A stretch of 55,211 bases of DNA from a virus. Lineage: Duplodnaviria; Caudoviricetes. The notes beneath the pieces were generated by a model. That model did no database searches, had not been told where the DNA came from, and saw only the letters and a list, made by a program, of their open reading frames with translations. Numbering within the stretch: the stretch's first letter is position 1; each line of letters begins with the position of its first letter. A program made the translations under genes and the position numbers. This document shows positions 26,463-35,485 of this stretch, in pieces. Location: positions 1 to 55,211 of IMG/VR virus record IMGVR_UViG_3300036859_000142, one strand, 5' to 3'.

Positions 26463-27655
26463 GCGCCGAACTCCGCACGCGCGACGGGCACTTGGTCTTC
26501 GCCGATCAGGATGACGGGAACAGCGTCGTCTACCTGATCACACCGAGCGGGTTGCGCCCAATCTGGGATGCCTGGTCATGGCAGGCGAGCACTGGGCTCA
26601 CGTTTCCGGAGCCAGCGCCTGGGCCGATCGGGGTGCCACCATTGCCACCCGTTGGCCCGGCGGTAGGGACCGGCGTCTCTGGACAGGTGATCCGCGTCAC
26701 GGCCGACAGCGACCGTCCGCGGCCGGTGGGGATGGCGTATTGGCCGGTCATCAACAACCACGCTGGTCAGGCGATGCTGCGCGTCCTGGTGAGCCTCGCC
26801 GATGCGCTGACCCTGTTCTATGTCGACAAGGCATCAGGTGTTGTGTCGCGCGGCGAGACGTTGCCCCTGCCACCGAACACCGGGGAGTTCTGCTACTGGA
26901 GTTTCTCAGATCCCGACCTGTTCTACTTCCCCTCTGGGAATGTGCTCTTCAGTTATCACGTCGTGACGGGCGAGCTCCGCGAGGTGGTGACGGCGCCAGT
27001 GCCCATTACGCAATGTCACTCGAGCGCTGACGGGCGGTCGCATTCCTGCACGATGGACGGCGGCGCGGCCGTCTCCCGAGAGGGGCGCATCACCACGTAT
27101 CCGTCTGCAGGCAGCTATGACGAGTGCCAGATCGACAAGAGCGGTGAATGGTTATTAATCAAAGAGGGTGCGGACAACCGCGTGGTGCACTTGTCATCCG
27201 GTCGCATGTGGACGATCACGGATAAAGGACTCGCCGTCGGGCACTCCGATATGGGCTGGGGCTACATGGTCGGCGAGGATGATCAAACGAATCCGGGCGG
27301 TGTCTTCCGGCGCTGGCGGTTCACGGAACAGGGGCCCGTCGATGAAGGGGTGGTGTATGCGTGGGGCGGCTGGGCACCGATGACCCGCTACGTCTCGCAC
27401 TGCAACGCGCGTCCTGGACAGGCTGATGGGCAGCGCGTCTTATTTAGTGACTCGGCGCACGGACTGGTGGCGAAGACGATGGGCCGTGACGATGCCTGGA
27501 TGATCGCGCCGAGCTTGACGGACCTGAATGCGAGCGGTGGCGGTGAACGGTACTGGAAACACACGCGCGCGACCCTTGACCCGACTGGCGAATGGGCCTG
27601 CTGGTCCGGCAACGACGGCACGGACCACATGGTGATTTTCCTGGTGCGTCTTTGA
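26459..27655 (+). CDS. Beta-propeller-like protein (TolB/oligogalacturonate-lyase-like repeats)
   Basis: WS..DPD, SADGR, IDKSGEW and LDPTGEW..W blade-type motifs. Confidence 0.5.
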   Translation: MSAELRTRDGHLVFADQDDGNSVVYLITPSGLRPIWDAWSWQASTGLTFPEPAPGPIGVPPLPPVGPAVGTGVSGQVIRVTADSDRPRPVGMAYWPVINNHAGQAMLRVLVSLADALTLFYVDKASGVVSRGETLPLPPNTGEFCYWSFSDPDLFYFPSGNVLFSYHVVTGELREVVTAPVPITQCHSSADGRSHSCTMDGGAAVSREGRITTYPSAGSYDECQIDKSGEWLLIKEGADNRVVHLSSGRMWTITDKGLAVGHSDMGWGYMVGEDDQTNPGGVFRRWRFTEQGPVDEGVVYAWGGWAPMTRYVSHCNARPGQADGQRVLFSDSAHGLVAKTMGRDDAWMIAPSLTDLNASGGGERYWKHTRATLDPTGEWACWSGNDGTDHMVIFLVRL

Positions 27656-27718
27656 CGAGGCAACTATGAGAATCGAGCTTTCGGCTTCATCGAAACGCGG
27701 AACAACGGCGTCCGCGTC

Positions 27719-28288
27719 GTGTCGACCGTGGGCGATCCCGCCGAGATCGTGATCGCCACACAGCGTGGCGGATCACTCGCGAAGGTCTCTGCCGGCATCG
27801 TGCGCGAAGATGGCGAGATCGAGGAAATCGCGCTCTTTCAAATCAAGCGAGACGAACGGTACCGCCATGATCCGATGAACTGGTCCGGGGAATTAACGGT
27901 GCATGCGCGGGATGCCCGATTGCCAGGCGATGGCCTGGTCCACATCGCCACGTTGCGTCATGACGAACAATGGTTCAAGAACTTGGTGGCGCAGCCGACG
28001 CCAGGACTCTCGCAGGATCAGGACTGGTTCAACCGTCACCCCGGCCAGAATCCGTGGGAAGGCGCCGACCCGAATGTACCGCCCGTCGTCGCGGGTGCTG
28101 ACTACCCGCCTGGGACAGTCGGCATTCCGATCGGCGACTTCGCCGCGCTCGAAGCGTTCTACGGATTCGAGAGCGAGGATCGCCAGCACTATGCGGACGG
28201 CGATATACCGTGGGTCGCACCGAACACGCCAGGGACGTTTTCAGTGGTCTGGGAAATGGAAAAACGCAAGGCGAGCGACGCCGATTAA
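27719..28288 (+). CDS. Hypothetical protein (start uncertain)
   Basis: 189-aa ORF; the frame is open from 27656. Confidence 0.65.
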   Translation: MSTVGDPAEIVIATQRGGSLAKVSAGIVREDGEIEEIALFQIKRDERYRHDPMNWSGELTVHARDARLPGDGLVHIATLRHDEQWFKNLVAQPTPGLSQDQDWFNRHPGQNPWEGADPNVPPVVAGADYPPGTVGIPIGDFAALEAFYGFESEDRQHYADGDIPWVAPNTPGTFSVVWEMEKRKASDAD

Positions 28289-28362
28289 CGCAAAGGGATG
28301 GCTCGGCCTTTGATCGTTGCTGGGGACTCGTTGGCTGATACCCCGGCTGGCGAGATGCGCGG

Positions 28363-28554
28363 TTAGATGGCCGAGCCTGCATGCACGACTGCTGTGGCAA
28401 TACGCTCAGCGTCCGCGTCGTCTTGTGCTGACAGAGTAATCATCAGCTTAAGGTAGTCATTCAGCTGTTCTGCTAAATCGACGCGTCCTCGTCTTCTCAG
28501 TCTCAGCACTCGACGCCATATGTTGACTAATTCAGGATCGACGCTGGTGCTCAC
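28363..28554 (-). CDS. Hypothetical protein
   Basis: 63-aa ORF in the leftward accessory operon. Confidence 0.5.
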   Translation of the reverse strand: MSTSVDPELVNIWRRVLRLRRRGRVDLAEQLNDYLKLMITLSAQDDADAERIATAVVHAGSAI

Positions 28555-28751
28555 GGATTCGCGTCCTCACCTGCGAGAAACGGCCGCGCACTTTCCGGCA
28601 ACCGTTGCGCGCCGCACTGACAGCGGTCGCCGACGTCCGCGTGTTCGTCCCAGACATGGACGCAGACGCCCAACGGCGAGCGCGTGCCGCAGAGCGGCTC
28701 ACTCGAGGGTGGAAATTGGACGATATTCGACACGGCCCAAAATAGTAGCAA
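28551..28751 (-). CDS. Hypothetical Cys/His-rich protein
   Basis: CVHVWD...CQCG; overlaps the next leftward gene. Confidence 0.4.
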   Translation of the reverse strand: MLLFWAVSNIVQFPPSSEPLCGTRSPLGVCVHVWDEHADVGDRCQCGAQRLPESARPFLAGEDANP

Positions 28752-28780
28752 AGCGGCCGCGGGCCTGTCTGTCGCCTTCC

Positions 28781-29068
28781 TTACCCTCCGCAGACCGTCA
28801 CCACCCCATACGCCGCCGTGGTGGTTTTCTCCTCGCCGCTGTCAATTTCCACCGTCAGGAAGCCGCCGGTGGTTTGCTTCTGGACCGAGGCGCACTTAGG
28901 ACCGGAGCCGTAGCCAAGCGAGATGATCTGATTCCCTCGGCCGTCCACCGTCGTGCCGTCGAAGGATCCGGACCAGGACGTATCGGAGCGCACATGGGCA
29001 TCGGTGCGGAACACGCCGCAGGCGGCGACGAGCAACGACACAAAGAGCAGCGCAGGCAGTGCTTTCAT
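28781..29068 (-). CDS. Putative lipoprotein (possible superinfection exclusion)
   Basis: MKALPALLFVSLLVAAC lipobox signal peptide. Confidence 0.65.
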   Translation of the reverse strand: MKALPALLFVSLLVAACGVFRTDAHVRSDTSWSGSFDGTTVDGRGNQIISLGYGSGPKCASVQKQTTGGFLTVEIDSGEEKTTTAAYGVVTVCGG

Positions 29069-29242
29069 GGGGTGATGCTTTCTCTGTGAGCCGAGTGACC
29101 GAGCGCGAGGCGAGAAGTCTTCCGGAGAGGTGACGCGGTGTCGGATTCACACGAGCGCATTTCGACGTGCAAACTTACAGCGCTGGTACTTGCAAGCCTG
29201 TTACGGACGGCCCTAGACTGTCGTTCTCCGGAGGCTTCCCCT

Positions 29243-29506
29243 ATGATTCGGCCTCGCGTCGTCGTTCCCTTCACGCCTGCTACCGTATCCGTCGATCCGG
29301 CCGCGTACGAATGGCTGATGCTGTGGCGTCGAATGACCCCCTCCCAGCGGGCGGCGCATCTCCGCCTCGCTCAGTGCGCTGCGCGCGCAACACGTCATCA
29401 ATCGCCTGTTCGATATACCGGCGATCGGACGGGCTTCCTGATCCGTGAGACCTTAATCCACCAGCGGCGCTGCTCCTTTTCTTCCGGGAGCAGCCCCGCA
29501 AAGTAA
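29243..29506 (+). CDS. Hypothetical protein convergent with the repressor
   Basis: GGAGG SD and upstream TTGCAA-18-TAGACT promoter-like sequence. Confidence 0.45.
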   Translation: MIRPRVVVPFTPATVSVDPAAYEWLMLWRRMTPSQRAAHLRLAQCAARATRHQSPVRYTGDRTGFLIRETLIHQRRCSFSSGSSPAK

Positions 29507-29856
29507 TCAAACATCGCCATGACCCGTTCCTGCACGTCGAGCGGGAAGTCGCGCCAGTGTGCAATCAAGCGCACTTCGTCCGGTGCCAATTCGTGCAGCG
29601 TGTTGCTCGGTAGCATGACCAGCAGGGCCGGCGGCACTCCAAAGTACTCGGCAATGACGTCCACATGCTTTAGACGGATCGCGTGCGAATCGCGGCCGTT
29701 GAGGGCGTTAGAAAGGGTGCCTGGCTCGATCCCGAGCTTTCCAGCGAGGCCCTTCTGCGTTCGGCGCTGGTAGGCCCGTGGTTTGTGCCGTTCCCGGTCG
29801 AATAGTTCTTTCGTGCGGAGCCGGACCCGCTCCGGTAAATCCTTGTCGTGCGCCAT
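29398..29856 (-). CDS. XRE-family HTH repressor (cI-like)
   Basis: TQKGLAGKLGIEPGTLSNALNG...IAEYFGVPPALL; divergent from the cro-like gene. Confidence 0.85.
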   Translation of the reverse strand: MAHDKDLPERVRLRTKELFDRERHKPRAYQRRTQKGLAGKLGIEPGTLSNALNGRDSHAIRLKHVDVIAEYFGVPPALLVMLPSNTLHELAPDEVRLIAHWRDFPLDVQERVMAMFDYFAGLLPEEKEQRRWWIKVSRIRKPVRSPVYRTGD

Positions 29857-29926
29857 GTTGCACGGGGTAGTTACCACGGCTGCACGGAAAGAGTGCGGAG
29901 GCTTAGGGAAAGGCTAATAATGCCTA

Positions 29927-29956
29927 TTGACACTGTGTAGAGTGCCGATATACAGT
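29927..29956 (+). promoter_or_regulatory. Sigma70-type early promoter (leaderless cro transcript)
   Basis: TTGACA-18-TACAGT with ATG 6 nt downstream and no SD. Confidence 0.65.
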
Positions 29957-29962
29957 TTACAC

Positions 29963-30283
29963 ATGGTTAGGAAAACGCTAACGCTCAACCCGCCAGCCAA
30001 GAGCGTGGCCGAATGGCTGGAGCGCACGGGTACCAACATCACGGAGCTGGCCGCCATGGTGCGGGCCAAGGGATTGCCACTCACGCTCGGTGGCCTGTCA
30101 AACGTTTTGCGCCGTTCGAGGCCCTGCCGTCTCGCCGTCGCGATCGCGTTGTCAGACATTACCGGTGTCCCGGTGCAGCAACTGGTGGCATGGGGCAAGG
30201 CTAAGCGCTATCCGGTGGGTGAAACACGCACACCGAAACGTCGGAAGTCCACGAAAAACGAACCTTCTGGGGCGGCTGCCTAA
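29963..30283 (+). CDS. Cro-like HTH regulator
   Basis: TNITELAAMV...LSNVLR..RP....A.ALSDITGVPVQQL. Confidence 0.75.
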   Translation: MVRKTLTLNPPAKSVAEWLERTGTNITELAAMVRAKGLPLTLGGLSNVLRRSRPCRLAVAIALSDITGVPVQQLVAWGKAKRYPVGETRTPKRRKSTKNEPSGAAA

Positions 30284-30743
30284 AATGCCTAAGAATTTCA
30301 GTCAGCACTATTCACAGGGTCGTGTAATAGATGCTCTGATCGCTAAGCGTGGCGCTAACTGCTACGTTTACCTCTTCTTACAGCCCGGCGCTCCCCCAAT
30401 CCCAGTTTGGAGACTCAAGTGATGATTTCCTTTTGCCTGCTCGCGCTCGGCTTTATTGCCATTGGTTTGCTCGGCGGATGGGACGCAAAGTGACGGCCTG
30501 CGACTGCGGCTGTGAACACCTGACGGTTGATCAGTTCCTCGATCACCTCGAAGCGGAGATCGGGGAAGTGGATGAGTCCGGCCGAAATGTCGCGCCCACG
30601 CAGCACGACGCGCCGCTGCAGGCCGGCTTGCATTTCCGTATTCAGTGTTCATGGTGCGGCCTTGTGTTGGAACAGGGCAGTCCTGACGCTGAGACTTCCC
30701 ACACGATTTGCCCCGCGTGTCTCGCGGTGGAGATGGCGGCGGT

Positions 30744-31214
30744 ATGAACGCGACGAAGTCCGACACTAACGCGCGCGTCACCGCGCCGACCAACGGTGAC
30801 AACGTGGATCAGCCGAGCACGATCGAGGACATCGACCGCCGGATCGCTATCTTGCAAGAAGAGCGACGGGCTGCGCGGCGGAAGTATCAGACTTTTGAGA
30901 CGTTCGCGCGCCTGCCGTGGCGCCATTCCGGCGCTGGCGTGATCCGATCTGCGTCCGATGCGTGCGTTGTGTTGATTGCTGACGCCGACTTCGCGGCCGA
31001 CGGGGCCGAGAAGAACGTCGCCCGCGACACGCTGGCGCGCATGGTTGTCGGTGCGGTCAACAGCCATGACGATCTGCTTGTCGCGCTGAAGGAAGTCGCG
31101 CCACACGTCTGTTCGTTGCTCTGTCCGTCTACGTGGAGGACTGGACATCACCCACCGCATCACGAGCGATGTCAAGCCGTGACTGCTGCCATTGCGAAAG
31201 CCGAAGGCCGCTGA
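30744..31214 (+). CDS. Hypothetical phage protein (AAIAKAEGR C-terminus family)
   Basis: AVNSHDDLLVALK...AAIAKAEGR; coupled overlaps. Confidence 0.65.
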   Translation: MNATKSDTNARVTAPTNGDNVDQPSTIEDIDRRIAILQEERRAARRKYQTFETFARLPWRHSGAGVIRSASDACVVLIADADFAADGAEKNVARDTLARMVVGAVNSHDDLLVALKEVAPHVCSLLCPSTWRTGHHPPHHERCQAVTAAIAKAEGR

Positions 31215-31429
31215 TGTTGTACGGCTATCCACCATTAGCGAGGCCCCTTCCGGATCCGCCGGCGCCACCGAAGCGCCAGCCTGAGCCGACGCACAGCCAG
31301 CGTGAGACGGATCTCCTCCAGGCGCTCACGGACTTTTGCGAAGCCTACGAAGACTCGGGCTACAGCTCCATGTGTCTGGGCGCGGCGTATCTCAACGCGA
31401 AACGGTTGCTGCGCGAGGCTGGCCGGTGA
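31214..31429 (+). CDS. Hypothetical protein
   Basis: TGATG coupling. Confidence 0.55.
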   Translation: MLYGYPPLARPLPDPPAPPKRQPEPTHSQRETDLLQALTDFCEAYEDSGYSSMCLGAAYLNAKRLLREAGR

Positions 31430-31824
31430 AGTCACAACGCGGTGATTCTCAGCTGACCTTCGGTCCTGCGGAAGTCCGGAATTCGGAAGAGGCCCAACCC
31501 GTACTCCGATCTTCGGAAGATGACGCGACAACGCCCGATTCTATTCATGAAATCTCGGCCTCTCTGTTCGATGACGCCTGCAAGGGCGCACGGCTGACGA
31601 ACAAGGAAGTCTCGTTCCTGTGGAAGTGCAGCGTCTCCAACGTTGAGAAGATGCGGCTGGTGGGTACGCGCACCTGTCCGTCGCTCGTGCAGTTGCTGCT
31701 CTTGCCTCCACGGTTCCATTACGAATTTCACAAGGCGATGAACAAGCGGTACGGCTACGGCCGGGCGGCGTTGCGCGAGGTGCTTGAGGCGCTGGGGACG
31801 CTGGCGTTGGTCACGGAACGCTAA
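31426..31824 (+). CDS. Putative cII-like HTH regulator
   Basis: LTNKEVSFLWKCSVSNVEKM HTH-like segment; lies downstream of cro. Confidence 0.45.
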   Translation: MKSQRGDSQLTFGPAEVRNSEEAQPVLRSSEDDATTPDSIHEISASLFDDACKGARLTNKEVSFLWKCSVSNVEKMRLVGTRTCPSLVQLLLLPPRFHYEFHKAMNKRYGYGRAALREVLEALGTLALVTER

Positions 31825-32260
31825 TGAGTAACGCCGACATGTTCGCCTTGTTGCTCCGGCTCGTCGCCGCGCTGTCGGTGATGTTCCTGGTGATCTGTGG
31901 CGCGATGGTGATTGGCGCGGCGGTCAACCTCTATTTCTATCGGCGGGATCGACGGAGGTCACGGTGAGTGAGTACCTCGCGTACGGCCTGTTCTTCCTGC
32001 TGGTTCTCGCGTGGATCTATTGGGATCGGCGCGACATAGACGGAAAGGATGCCGATGATTCGTATTACCGCGATCCAGCGAGCCCGCGCATGGGAGGCGG
32101 AAACGCCAACTCAGGCTGCGGAAGACCTACGGCCGTTGGCAGTCGATGGAAGTTTTGCGGCGAGCGCCGGTGATCAAGTCGTTGCCAGCGAATTCCACGG
32201 CACAACGGCATTGAGACTTGAGCGCGTGAACGGTCAGCCAGTTGGAAATGCGAGGCGGCT

Positions 32261-32500
32261 ATGAACCCGATCACGGCTTGGTGGAAGGCTCGGCAGAAGG
32301 CCAAGCAAGACGCGTGGAGAAGGCAACTGGAGGCGCTGTGGGCAGCCTATCCCCATGACGAACGGTTCATCGTGGCGGGGTTGTTAAGTCCAGTGCCGGC
32401 CATTCAACTTGCCGCGTCTCAGACGCTGCGGCGCTCAGCAGAGCAGCGCGCATTTGAATTGACCCTACGCACGATTATTCGCGAGGAATGTCACAAGTGA
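32261..32500 (+). CDS. Hypothetical protein
   Basis: 79-aa ORF flanked by a 17-bp direct repeat. Confidence 0.55.
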   Translation: MNPITAWWKARQKAKQDAWRRQLEALWAAYPHDERFIVAGLLSPVPAIQLAASQTLRRSAEQRAFELTLRTIIREECHK

Positions 32501-32529
32501 ACGGTCAGCCAGTGCGGAGGCGCGCGTAG

Positions 32530-32979
32530 ATGGCATTCCACGTTTCCGAGCTATCGCGCGTGACGTCGGGGCGCATGAGAAGCAGTTTCATGGACGGCAA
32601 TAACGGCGCCTTTGACATCGAGTCCCCGGAGCCAGGATGGCGCCTCGCGATCATTGCCAGTGACGGAACGGAAGACATCGGCGTGCCTGAGGCACTTGGA
32701 TGGGAGCACGTCAGCGTTCACGCATACAGGCCTGGGTCGCAGCGCCCACGATCGGTGACCACGAAGCCCGATCTGGTGCGAACGCCTGCGTGGAAAGAAA
32801 TGGTCTACGTCAAGGATCTGTTCTGGGATGCCGAAGACGTCGTGATGCAGCTGCATCCGAAGCGTAGCGAATACATCAACCAACATCCGAAGGTGCTCCA
32901 TCTCTGGCGGTCACGCCTCCGCGAGATTCCAACACCGCCGCCTATTTTAGTTGGTGTACTTCAAGAGGTCGGCAAGTGA
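32530..32979 (+). CDS. Conserved phage hypothetical protein
   Basis: GWEHVSV...RTP.W.EM..VKDLFW..E....QLHP...Y.N.HP..LHLW family motif. Confidence 0.8.
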   Translation: MAFHVSELSRVTSGRMRSSFMDGNNGAFDIESPEPGWRLAIIASDGTEDIGVPEALGWEHVSVHAYRPGSQRPRSVTTKPDLVRTPAWKEMVYVKDLFWDAEDVVMQLHPKRSEYINQHPKVLHLWRSRLREIPTPPPILVGVLQEVGK

Positions 32980-33188
32980 AGAAGACGCAGATCGAGAAAG
33001 CCATTGAGCAGTTGCAGGCGGAGATCGCGGAGCGCGAGAAAACGATCGCCTTGCTCAAACAGTATTCCGTGCCCAAGCGGAAACCGCGGGCTTTGAAGGC
33101 TGAGACGCTTGGACCGCACCCGCCGGACAGCGACAAGTTTCACACGGCCAGCGGTCTGAAGGCCGTCGGGGAAGGCAAGCCAGCGTAA
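32976..33188 (+). CDS. Hypothetical coiled-coil protein
   Basis: 70 aa, coupled to neighbours. Confidence 0.6.
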   Translation: MKKTQIEKAIEQLQAEIAEREKTIALLKQYSVPKRKPRALKAETLGPHPPDSDKFHTASGLKAVGEGKPA

Positions 33189-33581
33189 ATGAGCGCGGTA
33201 GTTGTGGACGCCGTCGTGCGAGAAGGCCGACTCCACATTGTGGACGGACGCTTTCACCGCAAACGTGTCCTGCGTGCATGCAAGCGGTGGGGGAATGGCG
33301 CCGCGTTGAAGATCCGGATCGAGCCTGAAGAGGACGCGTACACGTACGGCCAGCTGAAACATTACTGGGGCCATGTCGTACAGCCGTTCTCTGAAGACAC
33401 CGGCTACCACAAGCACGAAGCGCACTTGCTGTTAAAGGCCGAATGTATGCCGGAAGGGAAGTCGTCGCTGACGCAATTGAACCGTGAGGAGTTGCGGGCG
33501 TACACGGAAGCCGCGGAACAGACCGCTCGCGAGTGGGCGCCGGACGCGTTCATTCTCTACGACCGGCACGCGTCGAACTGA
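33189..33581 (+). CDS. NinB-like recombination accessory protein
   Basis: T.GQ.KHYWG.V...SE.TGY...E.H..LK...S.TQL...E...Y. Confidence 0.6.
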   Translation: MSAVVVDAVVREGRLHIVDGRFHRKRVLRACKRWGNGAALKIRIEPEEDAYTYGQLKHYWGHVVQPFSEDTGYHKHEAHLLLKAECMPEGKSSLTQLNREELRAYTEAAEQTAREWAPDAFILYDRHASN

Positions 33582-33628
33582 CAAAAGAAAAGGCCGACGG
33601 TGCAACGCCGGCCCTTAAGGACACCCGA

Positions 33629-33913
33629 ATGACAGAGAAGACTTTACCACAACCCGATCCCGTTACTGAAGGGTTGAAAGTGGCGAACGCGATCGCACAC
33701 GTCGTGTACTCGCCCTTGCGGATCGCCTATACGAACACAACCTGGCGGGACTTCAAGCACGCCATGCAACTCCTCGGCGTGAAGGACACCGACCCCCTTG
33801 CCAGCATTGAATACGGCGTGTCAGCCGACGGCGTCGGCGCGATCAAGGCGGAACGAGACGAACAAGGCGCCATTGAGATACGGGAAGTATCGCGCTCGGA
33901 AGGGGTGCGCTGA
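33629..33913 (+). CDS. Hypothetical protein
   Basis: AAGGA SD; coupled downstream. Confidence 0.55.
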   Translation: MTEKTLPQPDPVTEGLKVANAIAHVVYSPLRIAYTNTTWRDFKHAMQLLGVKDTDPLASIEYGVSADGVGAIKAERDEQGAIEIREVSRSEGVR

Positions 33914-34206
33914 TGAACGAACATTTAGCGCTACTCGGTTTCAAGGTGCGCGACGTCGTCACGGGTTACGAAGGCGTCTGCGAAAGTATCAGCTTCGATC
34001 TCTACGGCTGCATTCAGGGCGTGGTGCGTCCGCCAGTCGCGAAAGACAAACCGGACATGCCTGACGGCCGCTGGGTTGACGTGAAGCGGCTGATCAAGAT
34101 CAGCGACGCGCCAGTCATGGCCGCGCCACCATTCGCCGCTCTTCCAGTTGGCCGTGAAATAGGCGGTAGCGAGAAGCCAGTTCAGAGCGAAGGACGGGTG
34201 CGCTGA
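33913..34206 (+). CDS. Conserved phage hypothetical protein
   Basis: LG.KVRD.VTG.EG......FDLYGC......P....W.D.KRL motif. Confidence 0.7.
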   Translation: MNEHLALLGFKVRDVVTGYEGVCESISFDLYGCIQGVVRPPVAKDKPDMPDGRWVDVKRLIKISDAPVMAAPPFAALPVGREIGGSEKPVQSEGRVR

Positions 34207-34976
34207 TGGCCTCGCCCTTACTGGCCGCCGGCGAACGGGAGTTAGTGACGCGCGAGGACGCGCCGCAGAACGCCACGCTCGCGTTCTTCGAACGTCTCGC
34301 CCGGGATCCGGCCGCCTCCGTAGAGAAGATCGAGCGCCTCATGGCCATGTGGGAACGTAGCGAAGCCAGGAAGGCTGAGGCTGCGTTCAATGCCGCCATG
34401 TCGGCCGCACAGACGGCTATGCGGCCCGTCGCCACGGACTCAGCCAACTCCCAAACCCGCAGCCGGTATGCGTCCTACGAGGCGCTGGACCGCGTCATTC
34501 GACCGATCTACACGTCGAACGGGTTTGGCTTGTCGTTCGATACCGGCGACGGTGCGCCTGCAGACACGATCCGGGTGCTCTGTTACGTGACCCACAGGGA
34601 CGGCCACGCGCGGACGTATCACGTTGACATGCCTGCCGACGGTAAAGGGGCCAAGGGCGGCGACGTGATGACGAAGACACACGCCGCCGGCGCGGCGATG
34701 TCCTACGGGATGCGCTACCTGCTCAAGATGATCTTCAACGTGGCTGTCGGGGAAGACGATGACGACGGCAACAGCGCCACACAGAAGGAAGGCCCTGAAG
34801 CGCCGGCCGGTTATGACGCATGGTTCGCCGCCCTTGAAGGCGTTGCCGCGAACGGCATGCCAGCGTTCTCTGAGGCGTGGAACAAGTCGTCTGAGGCCTT
34901 TCGACGGTATCTCAGCTCCACCGCGCCGAAGGTACTGGCCTCGCTCAAGACGAAGGCCGGGAAGGTGAAGCCGTGA
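34206..34976 (+). CDS. erf: ERF-family ssDNA annealing protein
   Basis: SRYASYE...IRPI...GF.LSF...VTHRDGH...GAAMSYGMRYLL...FN..VGEDDDDG. Confidence 0.92.
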   Translation: MASPLLAAGERELVTREDAPQNATLAFFERLARDPAASVEKIERLMAMWERSEARKAEAAFNAAMSAAQTAMRPVATDSANSQTRSRYASYEALDRVIRPIYTSNGFGLSFDTGDGAPADTIRVLCYVTHRDGHARTYHVDMPADGKGAKGGDVMTKTHAAGAAMSYGMRYLLKMIFNVAVGEDDDDGNSATQKEGPEAPAGYDAWFAALEGVAANGMPAFSEAWNKSSEAFRRYLSSTAPKVLASLKTKAGKVKP

Positions 34977-35485
34977 CTGCGCTCTGTCAGTGCGGCTGCG
35001 GCCTGCCGGCTCCGATCTCACCGGACAACGACGCATCGGAAGGTCGGGTGAAAGGTCAGCCCATGCGATTTCGTAAGGGGCATAGGCCAGCGTTACGCAG
35101 TAAATATCGCGTTCGCCGGCACACAGGCGGCGGGGTCAAGGCCGTCCACATCCTTATCGCTGAAAAGGCTCTCGGACGTCGGCTTCCAGCGACCGCCCAG
35201 GTGCATCACGTTGACGAGGACACTCGCAATAACGACAACAGCAATCTCGTTATCTGCGAGAGCGACAGTTATCACAAGTTCCTCCATGCGCGGACCCGCG
35301 TCGTCAAGGCCGGTGGCAACCCTAACACTCAACGCATCTGCGACCACTGCCACCAGTTGAAACCATTCGACGCGTTTGCGAAATGTCGCCGCCAGGACAG
35401 CGGCATTCAGACCCGCTGTCGTTTGTGCTCAATGGAGACGAGTCGCCTGCGAAGGCAACACCGGAGCGCCCATGCCGCAGCGTAA
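34973..35485 (+). CDS. HNH homing endonuclease
   Basis: CQCGCG N-terminus; HILIAEKALGR.L....QVHHVDED..NN...NL.IC...H. Confidence 0.85.
   Translation: MTALCQCGCGLPAPISPDNDASEGRVKGQPMRFRKGHRPALRSKYRVRRHTGGGVKAVHILIAEKALGRRLPATAQVHHVDEDTRNNDNSNLVICESDSYHKFLHARTRVVKAGGNPNTQRICDHCHQLKPFDAFAKCRRQDSGIQTRCRLCSMETSRLRRQHRSAHAAA

Noticed and set aside
2355-27721. Genome-wide stop-codon reassignment
   Set aside because: Conserved genes end normally at TAA, TAG and TGA; the terL break is a frame change, not an in-frame stop
29100-30790. Extra copies of the CGCG element near 29104-29137 and 30749-30785
   Set aside because: Cores are 26 and 29 nt and the AAAGA lead is absent
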